Below, one piece after another: positions 1-11,569 of a stretch of 64,000 nt of DNA (the stretch's first letter is position 1; every line of letters begins with the position of its first letter). Under the pieces are notes generated by a model, which saw only the letters and a list, made by a program, of their open reading frames with translations, was not told where the DNA came from and made no database searches. A program made the translations under genes and the position numbers. Origin of the DNA: Hyphochytrium catenoides (taxonomy: Eukaryota; Protista; Hyphochytriomycota). The stretch lies in NCBI GenBank assembly GCA_900088475.1, contig FLMG01000725.1, positions 1 to 64,000 on the forward strand. Reading direction: 5' to 3'.

Positions 1-12
1 TCTATTTCTGTT

Positions 13-13
<1 letters not shown>

Positions 14-50
<37 letters not shown>

Positions 51-75
51 TCCTCTCTCTGCTCTCTCTCTCTCT
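14..75. repeat. (CT)n microsatellite
   Basis: Near-pure CT dinucleotide run. Confidence 0.95.
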
Positions 76-457
76 TGAACCCAAAGGAAACGACGATGAT
101 AACCGCTGTGAGCTGGTTTGAAGGGCCTTTCTCTTCTGTGTCTCGCTGCCGCAGGCGGCTCATGATGATGATGGGAGACGCCGACCGCCGCAGTAAGAAA
201 CAGAGATTCTTCCCTCTTCCGTCTCCTCGTGCCCCCAGCAGGAGAAGAAGCGCTCTTGTCTTTAGAGGGAGAACCGTTCTCCTCTTTCCCCTCGTCGTTG
301 TCGCGATGGCGCTCCTGCAGAAGAGAGAGAGAGAGCGCTTGACATCATCCTTGTTGGGCCAGCGACTGCTGCCCGTTGCGCCAACGAACAGTCTTTCTAG
401 CCGTTCGTCCGCGGTTGCTGCTCCGTCCGACACCGTGAGGAACGAGTGAGAGTGACG

Positions 458-2227
458 ATGGGCCAGGTAACAACGCTGTCCAAGAGCGCCACGTTCAAGC
501 GCTTCGCGGCGTTTCTGTTGTCCGCGGTCGCTCTGGAGCTCATCGGCCTCCTCTTCATCGGCCTCTGGTTCACTATTTACTATCTTCTCCTGTCCACTTC
601 GCCAGAGCCTCCATCTGTCTCCTTCTGTGCGTTGCAATGTCCCGAGGCCGAGTGCACACGTGAGAGTCTTCCCTTCTTGGGACGCTGCGAAAGGCTCGTT
701 AGCAGAGGAAACATTGCCTTTTCTGCTCTGTCTATCCCTGCCTCCTTCGCCGGCATCCCTTATCTCTATCTAGCGACATTTGGAGCCAACAATGCCTCAG
801 CCCCGAGCTCTACTATTGCCCCATCTTCACCTAGTACTACCGCTTCTCATCTAGGACAGAAGAGTCAGAGCTCAGAGGATCAGGTGAGGCGGAGGCTGGT
901 CCCGAAGAGCGATGATAGCGCGGCGAGGAAAGAGCATCGTCGCTCTTCAAGGCAAATCTTCTGCGTCTCAATAGTCTTCATAGTCCTTGCGACCATTGGA
1001 TATTGCCTCGAGGTCTTTGTCTTTGACGAGTATTTCTTTGTCTCTCAGATCTTCTACGTCGGGCTTCTGCTATGGATTAACTTTGACCGCAGCGCCATCC
1101 GCTATGCGACCTCTGTCCTCGTACATATTGTCCCTCCGATCATCACGATTGCCATGCTGCAAGCCCTGCTCCTCTTCGTGTCAGGCTATCCAGGGGCAAA
1201 CGCCTTGTTGGTCAACTACATTCTATGCAGTGCTCTGACGGTTCTTCATCTGGCTGTGGAACGCAGCGTCCACGTGCTGAATGCTCTGTACCATGGCAAC
1301 ATCTCTGTCCAATTCTTGCTCTTTTACATCTACAGTCCCTTCCTACTGCTTCAGTTAGGTGCCAATATTCTCCTAGTCAAGGGCGACATCTACCTCTTGG
1401 TCATGAAGTCAACGCTTGCGTCCTCTCTGGGATGCCTGGCGGCCATAGCGTGGGACTTCTACTTTGAAAGAGCACTGCTAGATCGACTTAACGCAAAGAT
1501 TGTTGGCTGTCTTTGTCAACGCCGCAGAGACCTTCCCTTGCCTTCTTCTCCATCTCCACTTCGTCTGCATTCTGCTGACAAGAAGAGTCAGGAGAGCCCT
1601 CTTAGAGCAGAGAAGGGAACTGTGTCTACCAGTGAAGATCTAGGAAAGGGCATGAAGTCTTCTCCGCAGACTTCTTCTTCGCGTAAGGTCAAGGTCCACA
1701 AGCAGCAGGAGACGCCGATGCCAGGGAAAACGTTACAAGGCAATACCACTGACAATCCTGACACTCAGCGCCGCCACCACGGACGCTGCACAGCAGCCGT
1801 GGCTGCGTCGCGTACCGAGATCTCGCATAAAGGAGACAAGCACTTGCGCTTGGACCAGTGGAGCCGTATGGTCGTGGTCATGGTAGCGTCGACTTTGACC
1901 TCCATTGCGGGTCTCATCGCAACCTTGATCTTCCGGAACTTCTACTATCGGCGGCTGATCCTTAATGAGCCTTGTTATAAGCCGCAGCTGAGCGCCATGG
2001 AGGCTCTAGATTTCTCTCTTGACCACTTCTGGACTTGTCTGATTGCTATTCTGCTCATGTCACTGCTCCTTATTCTGCTCCATGTGGCGAGCTTTCCTAT
2101 CCTGCAAGTGTGGCATGAGGAGAGATGGAATCTGCTTCGCCATGCGGGTTTTCTTCAGCTTATCTATGGTCCATACTTCTATGGCCGGACATTCAGCAAC
2201 TTGGCGGTCGGTGAGCCAGTTTGCTAA
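458..2227 (+). CDS. Uncharacterised multi-pass membrane protein (~589 aa), intronless
   Basis: Long ORF (first ATG 458, TAA 2225-2227) with about 10 hydrophobic segments separated by two S/K/P-rich hydrophilic loops; no family recognised. Confidence 0.75.
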   Translation: MGQVTTLSKSATFKRFAAFLLSAVALELIGLLFIGLWFTIYYLLLSTSPEPPSVSFCALQCPEAECTRESLPFLGRCERLVSRGNIAFSALSIPASFAGIPYLYLATFGANNASAPSSTIAPSSPSTTASHLGQKSQSSEDQVRRRLVPKSDDSAARKEHRRSSRQIFCVSIVFIVLATIGYCLEVFVFDEYFFVSQIFYVGLLLWINFDRSAIRYATSVLVHIVPPIITIAMLQALLLFVSGYPGANALLVNYILCSALTVLHLAVERSVHVLNALYHGNISVQFLLFYIYSPFLLLQLGANILLVKGDIYLLVMKSTLASSLGCLAAIAWDFYFERALLDRLNAKIVGCLCQRRRDLPLPSSPSPLRLHSADKKSQESPLRAEKGTVSTSEDLGKGMKSSPQTSSSRKVKVHKQQETPMPGKTLQGNTTDNPDTQRRHHGRCTAAVAASRTEISHKGDKHLRLDQWSRMVVVMVASTLTSIAGLIATLIFRNFYYRRLILNEPCYKPQLSAMEALDFSLDHFWTCLIAILLMSLLLILLHVASFPILQVWHEERWNLLRHAGFLQLIYGPYFYGRTFSNLAVGEPVC

Positions 2228-3072
2228 CTTTTGCAGTGTCATTCGAGCTCTAGCAGGATATTTACTGGCATGAGACAGCGGTACAATCAGGACGGGGAGT
2301 GACCCAGGTCTGCCACACCTCAATGACTGCGAAAGAGTCAGGAGGAAGGCGTCTGCACCTTAGCTCTTGCCCAGCGGCAGACAGTACCATGTGTCTCGAA
2401 CTATCTGGTCTTTACGAGGGCACAGTCTTCTGATCAGGTGTGAAGCCTCACAACTGGTGCTTGCGCTGCTGTCACTTCCCCACCATGGCAGCAGGACTCC
2501 AAAGAGAGCGGCATTCAACATCTGCCTGGAAAGGCGCTATCAAACGTCAAGTAGCAGACGAGGCTATCTAGCCCAAGCGCGGCAAGATTTATGTGCACTG
2601 GCTACTGAGTGAGGACCAGTACAGAGGAAGGCCGTGGAGGAGGTACAGACGCAAGGAAGCCTAGCTGCTTGTTTTGGTCGTGACGACATGGGCTGGGGAT
2701 CTACCAAGAGGATGGTGTTATCCTCACAATGATTCAAGGAAGTGAGAGAGGAGCATCTTCCATCGTGGCGACGATGCCTACATACCTTCAATAGCTGTGA
2801 ATCAACTTATGAAAAATAGGAGAAGGATGATGATTGAGAGACTCCGGAGACAATGTAAATGCTTACCATCCATACTATCGGGCCAGACCCACACCACCTG
2901 CAGCTCGGCTAGTTTACACCGCCGCCCGCCCAGAGTCTTCACTGCTGGCTTTTAATGATGAGTAGATCCTTTCTTTCCATTTTTAGGAAGATATGACTTC
3001 TTCGGGCTTCGGCGCTGCGCCCCCGCAGCATTAGTGGCGTTTATGACTAGTGAAAGTCTCGCTCTACAAGTT

Positions 3073-3106
<34 letters not shown>
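3073..3106. repeat. (TTTC)n microsatellite
   Basis: tttctttctttc run. Confidence 0.85.
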
Positions 3107-3108
<2 letters not shown>

Positions 3109-4024
3109 ATGCTAACGAGCAGTTCTTCATCACACTTCTTCCTCATCTCACCTTGACGGGTCCCTTCGTTCATCGTGCTACCTACTTCCTGAGAGAAGAT
3201 TGTCTGGTTAGGTTTCCCTTATTAGTTGGTGGCTTAATAAGATTGGAAGCCGCAGCCAGCAGCCATCCTTTTGTCGCTCTACCACGAGGAGGAAAGAGTT
3301 TTCGCGACCGTTCTTTCTCCTATCCCTTCTTCTGACCCATTATAATAAGCCAAATGGTAACTCCTGCTGCTTGCTGCTCATCCGTCTGATGACTAAATGA
3401 TGTAGATGGGTGGAGGAGGGACAACAGCAGCAGCCAAGAAGAAGAAGGAGGTTAGAGGAAAGAAATAATGGCCACATAGAGCTTCTACAATGACCGTGTT
3501 GATGGCAGCAGATGCTAGTAGCCCCTTGGCAGCAGCAGCCGACACGATGATGACAGAAGCTTCGTAAGAAGAGCCACCCGATATTATCTCTCTCGGAGGC
3601 GGACAGGAGGGCCTTTACGGCTGCGGCGATAAAGTAGTTGAGAGCGCTGTTCAGGATCCATTCCTCCCTTCGCTGTCAATAGAGAGGGAGGAGAGAGCGG
3701 TGGAGACGAAGATAGATTGAAATGAGCTGAAAGAGTGCAAAGGGAAAAGATTCTTTCCTTGGCCTGACATACCCGTCGCTTTTTTCTCTTTCCCTCAGTT
3801 GTTGTCCTTTGAACTTCCCCTCTCCTTTGCCGACAGCCCACCATCAAGAGGATGCCCTTCTTCTTAAACCCCTGATGACAGAAAGGAAACAGAGAGTGGC
3901 ATGGCCATTAGACGAAGGGCGCAAATGAATGAGAGCACGAGCTGAAGAGGCAGCCGGAGGGAAGTGAGGAAATGGGGCACTGATGCTGTCATTTGGTCTC
4001 CAATAATAACTGTCTTACGCTTTT

Positions 4025-4137
4025 CCTTCTGCTCATTATCCGGATGCCTGACAAGAGCACAAGGCTGCTAACTAAGTGCCACAGCCAGAGGCCTCTACGT
4101 CCTTGTGCTCTTGTCACGTCATCCGGGTGAGCAGAAA
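4025..4137. mobile_element. Short foldback/MITE-like element
   Basis: Perfect 16-bp inverted arms TGACAAGAGCACAAGG (4049-4064) / CCTTGTGCTCTTGTCA (4101-4116), extending imperfectly to ttctgctc..ccggatg / catccgg..gagcagaa; the right end recurs near 4570 and 51510. Confidence 0.6.
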
Positions 4138-4359
4138 GACAGGTAAAATATCCCGGGAAGATAGATTATCCAGGCGCGGTTAGAGGATGGGACTGAGCTT
4201 CGCTCCTCACTGTGAATCAGACGTGCTCGGTCAGCCTCAGCCTCTAACTACACCTATGCAATGCTGCAGAATAATCAACCGCGCGTGCCCGCCCATCGCT
4301 GATTTTGACCTGTGCTAGAGGCAGACAATAGTGTTTATTTCTTCAACCCTTTCTTTAGA

Positions 4360-4605
4360 CCTATGACAGCGCCGGCAGCCGGGGTGGGAAGAAGGAGCAG
4401 TGTTCGTTATCGCTTAGTTCTTCGTTAGTTCGTGAGTTAGGATACGGGCTATCAGTTAGTTACCCGCCTACGGGCAAGAGTTTCCTTCCGCTTGATCCAG
4501 CCAGACGGCAAAAATTATAGCATTGTCAAGCGCCAACCTGATCCCAAGCCAGAGGCTTGGATTCTTAATGCTCTTGTCACGACAAGCACGGCGCGAGCAG
4601 AATGA
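4360..4605. mobile_element. Dispersed repeat copy (same family as 4025-4137 and 51190-51545)
   Basis: Shared colinear blocks gagttagga, acggg..gcttga, tgtcaagcgcca, agccagaggc, tgctct(t)gtcac, gagcagaa. Confidence 0.6.
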
Positions 4606-5335
4606 AAGCTCTGTCTTTATTAGGCGAAACTCCTCACTCACTATCTTTCTTCTTCTTTAGCGCTGTCTCGATGTACTGGTTCATAATCTCTTCATGCTTC
4701 CACATGCTGGAAGTGCCCAAACAGATCCTTATGCTTGCTAAGATTGTCAGCGATGACTGATCGAAGCGACTGGGATTGCCCGTTCTCAGACGATAGTTTT
4801 TGAAGAGAGTCACGGAAGTCTTCCGATTGCCAACAACCGCTCCAGTCTGCCCATTTAAGGTCCTTCTTGAAGCTTGCGAATAGGATCTCGTTCCCAGTAA
4901 AATAGTTGAAGGCAGCCTCAGGGCGATCGATTGCAGCAGACTTACGGCCAAAGAAAGGTGTTCTCTTGTCGTGTCATCATTATGCTCATCGCCTACTGAT
5001 CGAAGCTCTTGTTTGGCTACATCCATGACGGTGATTTTCTTGTAAGCACTTTTGGCTACGCCGCGACAAGGTTGAATGCTTGATGAAGCACTAGTCACTA
5101 GCCTCAAACTGGCAGGGCCAAAGTTTATCTATGGTCTGGCTATTAAACTGCCATCAACTTGGCTGCGTCACCTTCCTTGGACCTCAAAGGACGTGCACAT
5201 ACAAAAGCAATCTAGTAGGAGACTAATAGGAAAAAGGTACGACGAGCTAGCTAATGCATCTGTGCTGGGTCCTTCCTTGGCTCTCATCTATGACGTCAGG
5301 GTTCTCATGCCCTTATATGCATATAGTCTCATAAG

Positions 5336-6755
5336 CTAGAAGCTTGTACTAGGAAGAACTTCACATTTGGCAGCAAATCTCTGGAAAGGATCCAGCATCA
5401 TCCTGTATAGCTCGTCTTCGCAACGCTGGAAAACTGCAGGCAGGATCTGGGAATGGACTCAAAGAGCTCTTCTCGTCGTGCTGCTGACAGATTGCATTCA
5501 CAGCGTTTAATGTCGCCTTCCGCACCGAAGCGCTCACATTCACTTCGAAGGGCGAGCCGACGTCAATGTAGTCTTTGCATATTTTCAGTGCTGCCGCGAA
5601 GTTGTCGTTATCCAGAGACTGAAGCTGCTTCCGAAACAGCTCTAGCTGATTGACAAAGAGCATATTCTCAACACAGAGCTCTCGAGCCAAGTAAAGCTTA
5701 AAGCTCTTGTGAAGCATTGCGTCAGTTGACAGCTGGGCTTTCAGCTCTGCCGGGGTCTTAACCTTGTGAATCTCCCCGCTGAACTTGTACTCCTCTGACG
5801 TGACGGCGCTAACCCTGCTGCTGGTCCTATGAACCTTATGGGCTCCATAAACTGCATCAGAGGTTACACTGTAGGAGACATAGTACAGAGCCGGCAAAGA
5901 GTACATCGCAGCCCAGAGTAGCATAGATGGCCATGCGATGTTGTTGAAGATTGACGGGTCTGCGCCTTTCCAGAACTGCTTTAGATAGTAAGGCAGCTGG
6001 GAGAAGAGCAAACCTCGGCCAACCCACTTGTTAGCCTTCTGATAGCGCGCACGGAAGGGATAGCTTTCTTTCACATTCTTTACTAGAAGAGAGACGCCCA
6101 AGCTCATCGCCGTCGTGAACACAGGGCAGATGGCAACAGCCGCAAACTGTTGAGTCACCAAAGAGGAGCACTACCAAAGCTGTCGGACCGGCAGTAGCAA
6201 GGCTTCAGAGTCGGTGTAGACAAACCTAGCAATGGGGACCATGATCGTTGCCGCTAGATACACGGCGTAGCAGATGGACTCAAAGACGTAGTTCTTGAGC
6301 CAATCCTTCCTTCTCACGAACCAGTTCTCGAAGTCGCCAATGGCCATGTGAAACTGGATACTCTATAGAAAGTAAATGCGAGCAGACGCCGTTGTTCCTG
6401 CGGCTCCAAAGGTAAGAAAGGGAAAGTACATGATGATCACGTGCGCCCAGCAAGGAATGGCGTCCGGAGCAATAAGAAAATGCGTGTAGGTGAAGGCCAC
6501 CAAGGGATGTGAAAGCACGATGATGCTCTGCCAGTGGTAGGGTTGAAGGCTGCAAGGAAATCGGCGCCTATTCTTATGGTACCAGACGAAGAGGAAGATT
6601 GATGCCGCTGTGACCAGTGTCTGGTAAGCCCATGCGTAGTAGTATGGCCAATCTGAGTAAGTTGGCGCGGGGAAGTTAGACAGCTGCGGCTGTGGCCGTC
6701 CGTCATCAGGAATGACATTATCCACCATTTCATCTGCATCTGCGTGAAACGCCAT
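5336..6755 (-). pseudogene. 7TM-RGS protein (seven TM helices plus C-terminal RGS domain), disrupted
   Basis: ORFs 6363-6965 and 5361-6161 are in one frame, joined across two in-frame TAGs (6363-6365, 6171-6173). RGS motifs FKLYLARELCVENMLF and YIDVGSPFEVNVS are present; the final RGS helix VFQRCEDELYRMMLDPFQRF is in the +1 frame after a CCC run (5449-5451), ending at TAG 5336-5338. Confidence 0.8.
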
Positions 6756-7396
6756 TGCTGTCTTCTGTCCTATCGATCTCGGCTTGCCGTCAGGAGGCTC
6801 TTCAGTCGTCAATGGTTTATACTGCCGCCAGATTAAGACAGCGCCGCGCTCGTTGGCTAGCTGCCAGGCATCCGCTGCGCTCGGGGGCCGTAGGATGTCC
6901 TCTTTCTTCACTGCTGAAGGTCTACCTGCAGTTGGGCACAGAGAAAGATAGCAAATCAAGGGCAAAGCTTTCTGAGATCTCTGCGAGGACTGAATCTACA
7001 AAGTAGAACTTCATCTCCGGCAGGCGACGATAGTCTGTGCGCGGCTGGCTTGCCTCCGCTCCTTCTACGGAAGAAAAGGTGAGACGACTGAGAGTCACTC
7101 TTACCTTTCAGACTATCAAGCTCATCAATCGAGCATCCATCCATGAGAGGCAGGCAGCTAGCAGAACCTCTTGTCTCAAAGCTTGCCAAGCTTCTCATCA
7201 AAGATGTAACGAACGCCATTTACCTTGAAGTTCTTAGGTCTGGCAGGTCAGACTCTAACGGGTCAGCACGTCACCTTGTCCTTCCGTTACTTGCCTGACG
7301 TTTCGTCAGCATCTGAGCCGCTGCTGGACAGCTGCCGGTTTCTTGACTCCTCATCTTTTCCTCAGCATCTGCTTGTTTGGCCTTGCCCGGCTCCTG

Positions 7397-7678
7397 CTGA
7401 ACGCCAATCTTCAGAGCATTCCTGCCCGGCTCCCAAAAAGACTCGGAAGTGAAGCCCAAGAAGCTCCTTCTCCTCCGCACTACTCATCAGTCCTGCAGAA
7501 GCTTTCCAGCTCTTCATCAAGCGGTCTTCTATTATCACCTCGCCCCAACAAGCACCTGATCTGGCTGCAGTGGGGATTGCCGGGTTCTGAACGCCACTCT
7601 TCAGTGCAGTGCCGGTTCAAAGACTCTGAGGGAAGCCGAAGCTCGCTCATTCTCCGCAGTCAGTCCTGCAGGAGAAGC
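7397..7678. repeat. Diverged direct duplication, ~190-bp period
   Basis: ctgaacgcca.tcttcag..gca...aaagactc...ctccgca..tcagtcctgcag starting at 7397 and 7587. Confidence 0.65.
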
Positions 7679-9108
7679 TCACTACTAACTCTTCAAACTC
7701 TCCTATTATATTATGCAGACGACGGGAGCACCAGGGTATCCGGTCTTTCGCAAGCTCTAGGAGGATTCTGGCACCAAGTTCCAATCAGTCCAGCAGAACT
7801 TCAGCGCATTCTTGGCGATGGTGGGTCCAGGTGTTCACATCAACCGAGCTAAGCGAACACTAACAAACAGAGTTTCCTTCGTTATATCAACCAGCTTACG
7901 CTGCTGTTAGTCAGCCTCACCTTCCAGAACCCAGGACGGCTCTAAGCCTTTCTGTCCGTCAACACTGGCCGCCAAGTGTTCCATTATTGATAGTAGACAT
8001 GCCTGTGTGAGCTCCCCATGCTTCCATCGCGATGCAAGCGTCAGGGCAGTCTCGATATGACACCAAGAAAAGGCAGGCTCAACACACTTGGTCGCGGCTG
8101 CTGAACGCCGGAGGACAGAGCTGCCCGTAGCAAGTCGCACAATACCTTCTAGCAGCTAGAGGATGAGGACACAGAGCTGGTGCTTCTATCCTATTACGCT
8201 TACCGTCAAGAGAAGTAGAGCTCGGCGTCTTTCTTTCTCTCTCTCTCTCTCTCGTTCTTCCTCTCTTGCTCCTCCTCAACTTTCTCCCTCCTTCCCATTT
8301 TTTCTCTCATTGTCCCTCTTCTCGCTCTCTTCTCTCCATTGCAGACACGCACTCTCTGCTGCCACATCTTCACACTGAGACACACTCTACATCTTGGGTT
8401 TATGTAAGCGATAACAAACACTCTTGCTCCTCCTGCAGATGATCCTTTAGTCAGCCGTCTTCCAAGTGTCAGCCAGCAAGCGCGCCACCACGTCGTCACA
8501 TCTTTATTTCCTCCTTACTCATTGCTTCTTCTCAGATTCGTTAACGATGGTCTGAGTCTTGTGAGCTTCCCTGCTACGGTCTGGGATCCTCTCTTCACCA
8601 ACTCCTCCTCCCAGAACAGACGTAGCAAATGGGGCCAACAACGCGTTGGCAGGTTTATAGAAAAGTATGGGAGGCCTTGCCTTACTGCCGCTGAAGGCTA
8701 ATGGGCATGTTTCACCCCGGCCTTCGGTCTGCTCAACAGCTCAGAGGCTCTTTGGCGGTCACCAATAGCTTGGGCCATGCAAACATTGTCTCCTCCACTT
8801 AGGAGAGCTTAGCGCATTAAATTGCTTGCAGTGCCTTCCCATAGAAGAACCAATAAACCTCAGGTCATCGCAAGAGCCAGGCAAAGTTCATCGATCGTGG
8901 GCCGAGGATCTGGGTGAGCATATTCATGACGACCGTCGGACTGAGTTAGCGTGCCCAGGCAACAACCACGCCTAAGATAGCAGAGGGCAGCATCTGTTTC
9001 CGATTCTTCTCTGTTCTTAATTGCCATCAGAGCTTTTCCTCTTCTTGTTCAACTCTCCTTCCACTCTCGTGGTGGAGTGTCAATGTTTATCGCCAACCTT
9101 ACATCATG

Positions 9109-9201
9109 TGTAAGACTTTCTCAAGATTAGTTAGCACTGGCCATCCAACATCAAACTTCAGGCGGATGGCCAGTGCTAACTAATCTTGAGAAAGTCTTAC
9201 A
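9109..9201. mobile_element. 93-bp foldback element with perfect 38-bp TIRs, TG...CA ends and a 5-bp TCATG flanking duplication
   Basis: TGTAAGACTTTCTCAAGATTAGTTAGCACTGGCCATCC (9109-9146) and its exact reverse complement (9164-9201), 17-nt spacer; TCATG at 9104-9108 and 9202-9206. Confidence 0.8.
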
Positions 9202-10342
9202 TCATGGGAACGGAACGACACATATCTACGTGCTTCTATACGTGCGGAGGTCAAAAATAGGAAAGCAGAGAAGTTGTCCGCGATGCTTGGATGAGACAAC
9301 GGGGTGAGCTTAGAACCCGGAAGGAAGAAGTAGACCCTTTTTTATTGCATGGCATGTGACACAAGTCAAGAGAGTGTGAGGTAGCTTGGTTGGTCTTATT
9401 GCCGTATATACACCTAGTAGTACAGCCAGCACCATCACGATATGATTGAGAATGATAGCTCCTCCTTGGAATATAGTCTTCTCTTCGTGGCTTCGGTGAA
9501 GAAGAAGATGAGGGGCTGCGCGGGCAATGATCATAAGCACCCATGCCATGGAGAGAGAGGAGGTGCTTGCTCGCAGAACAACAAAGAGGAGAGAGACTCT
9601 GAGACAGGCAAGAGTAGGGCGGTAGAGAGCGTATAACAGTGAGGGTGGCCGGTGAACTGACGTGAGAAGACGTACTAGGTAAAATGGTAGTGCCTGACAG
9701 CAATAAAGTGTTAGGTGGCAGCCAAAGCAGAAGACATGAACGACGTTGACTCCTCCATAATAGTAGCAGAGAAACAGATCTAGCCGTGCGAGCGAAAGAG
9801 TGTTCTATCACATCGCAAAACGGATTGACGCTGTACCACCCTCCTCCTTTTTCTTCTCTTGGCTTATGAAGAGTGGTACAAACCAGATATTGGAAGACGA
9901 TACGAAGCTTGACAGAGTACCAAGCTTCTCTGCTTTTCATCGGATCTCACTTTGTATCTTAACTTCTTCTTCTTGTGCGTACCTTATAACCACCAGCAGT
10001 AGAGTAGACCCTTAGTACATGGCAACGTGTCTCACAAGTCAATAGAGACTGAGATTGCTTGTTGGTGTCTTTTGCTGTACAGCTAAAGTACAGCCAGTAC
10101 TTCCTGCTGAGGGTAGCTTGTCACTCTGCTTCTGCTAGTAGTATGAGAATGACTCTGGAAGCGATGAGAAGAACGTCGAATCGAGGAGAGGAGAAAGTGA
10201 AGATTGTCTAACATCTACCGCACTGTCCTCTGAAAGTGCCGAGCGTATAGTAACAGTTGGACTTATATGATGAAGATACCTATATGTGTATACATAAGGC
10301 GGTAGTACCAGTTAGTCCATTGGACTCTACGAGCTCTCGTTC

Positions 10343-11125
10343 TATCTCCTGGAGCGACAAAGTGCCAGTATCAGGAGGTGAATAGGAAAAGGCGCTCACG
10401 ATCAGCACAGCCTTCAACAGAATAATGAATAAATCATTAGCCGACGAGGAAGAAGGCAGGCTTCTCCTCCGTCTCTACGTGGCAAGTTACCGCCTCTCTG
10501 TTTCTCTGTCTCGTTGACACTGATGATGAGTTTGTCCTTGCTAATGCTTATCTCTAGTTAGGTAGAAGTAGTGTAAATCCTGCCCTGGAACCAGACTCTG
10601 TCTGTCACTTCCGGCATCTCGCACAGCCAGACTACATCTCTTGGAGCAACAAAGCGCCAGTATCAAGACGTGTATAATAAGAAAAGGCGCTCACGATGTG
10701 CATGGCCTTCACCTGGGCTAGTGCATTCTATTTAGCCGACGAGAAAGGCGGGCTTCTTCTCCGCCTCTACGCGGCCAGTAACCGTCTCTCTGCGCTCTGA
10801 CATTGAGAATGAGTTTGTCCTTACTACTGTTAATGTTAATAATAATGTTACTTCACAAGTAGTTCACAGGTTGGACANNNNNNNNNNNNNNNNNNNNNNN
10901 NNNNNNNNNNNNNNNNNNNNNNNNNNNNNNNNNNNNNNNNNNNNNNNNNNNNNNNNNNNNNNNNNNNNNNNNNNNNNNNNNNNNNNNNNNNNNNNNNNNN
11001 NNNNNNNNNNNNNNNNNNNNNNNNNNNNNTCCAATGTGTGAAGTAGTTACGTAGAAGTAGTTCTACTGTGAATCCTGCATTGGAACCAGACTCTGTCACT
11101 CCTACCATCTCGGACAGGCAGGCTA
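10343..11125. repeat. Diverged tandem repeat, ~290-bp unit, interrupted by an assembly gap
   Basis: Units at about 10343-10634 and 10635-10850 (tggagc.acaaag.gccagtatca, aaaaggcgctcacgat, ttagccgacgag, gagtttgtcctt); the tail tggaaccagactctgtc reappears near 11080. Confidence 0.8.
10878..11029. other. Assembly gap (N run)
   Basis: Ns. Confidence 0.99.
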
Positions 11126-11569
11126 ATAAGCACCGGAGATATTGTAACACGGCATATCTATCACTTTTGGCTGTGATCCCAGTCTGTGGAAAGCTGTGTA
11201 ATAAATTATCTTCGTGTCTCGACAAAGTCATCTTCTTTTTACTATAAAAAACCACGTAAAACAGTAGACGTTTTATCTTTCTTATCACCATTTCCTATTT
11301 CCTCTCAAAAGAGTTAAAATTGATCTTAAGTCACCCAAAAGAAGCAAAAAAACAGTCTTTTGGATTCCTAGGTCTTCGTCCTCTCTCCTTCTACTACTCC
11401 GGAGTAATAAATACCAAATAAACTACTCTGGAGTAGTTATTCCTTTGGAAATAAAGAGTGGGAAAGGTGTCTCTCTGGCCTTTATACTTTGCTACAAAGG
11501 GAAATTTGTGAACTAGTAAACCGTGAATTGGTTTATCAATAAATTTTGGTAGGGTTATATGTAGGGTTA

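Noticed and set aside
4634-5107. 157-aa minus-strand ORF
   Set aside because: Non-ATG start, no motif and no splice support
5336-6755. Genome-wide TAG reassignment (alternative genetic code) suggested by the in-frame TAGs
   Set aside because: Several 1.4-2.2-kb ORFs have no internal TAG, and TAG ends both GSTs and other genes at the expected C-termini
9251-9940. Cytochrome b561-like fragment on the minus strand (MAWVLMIIAR..H..VLAVLLG..PH)
   Set aside because: Resemblance is weak and needs frame switching; the heme His pattern is not convincingly intact
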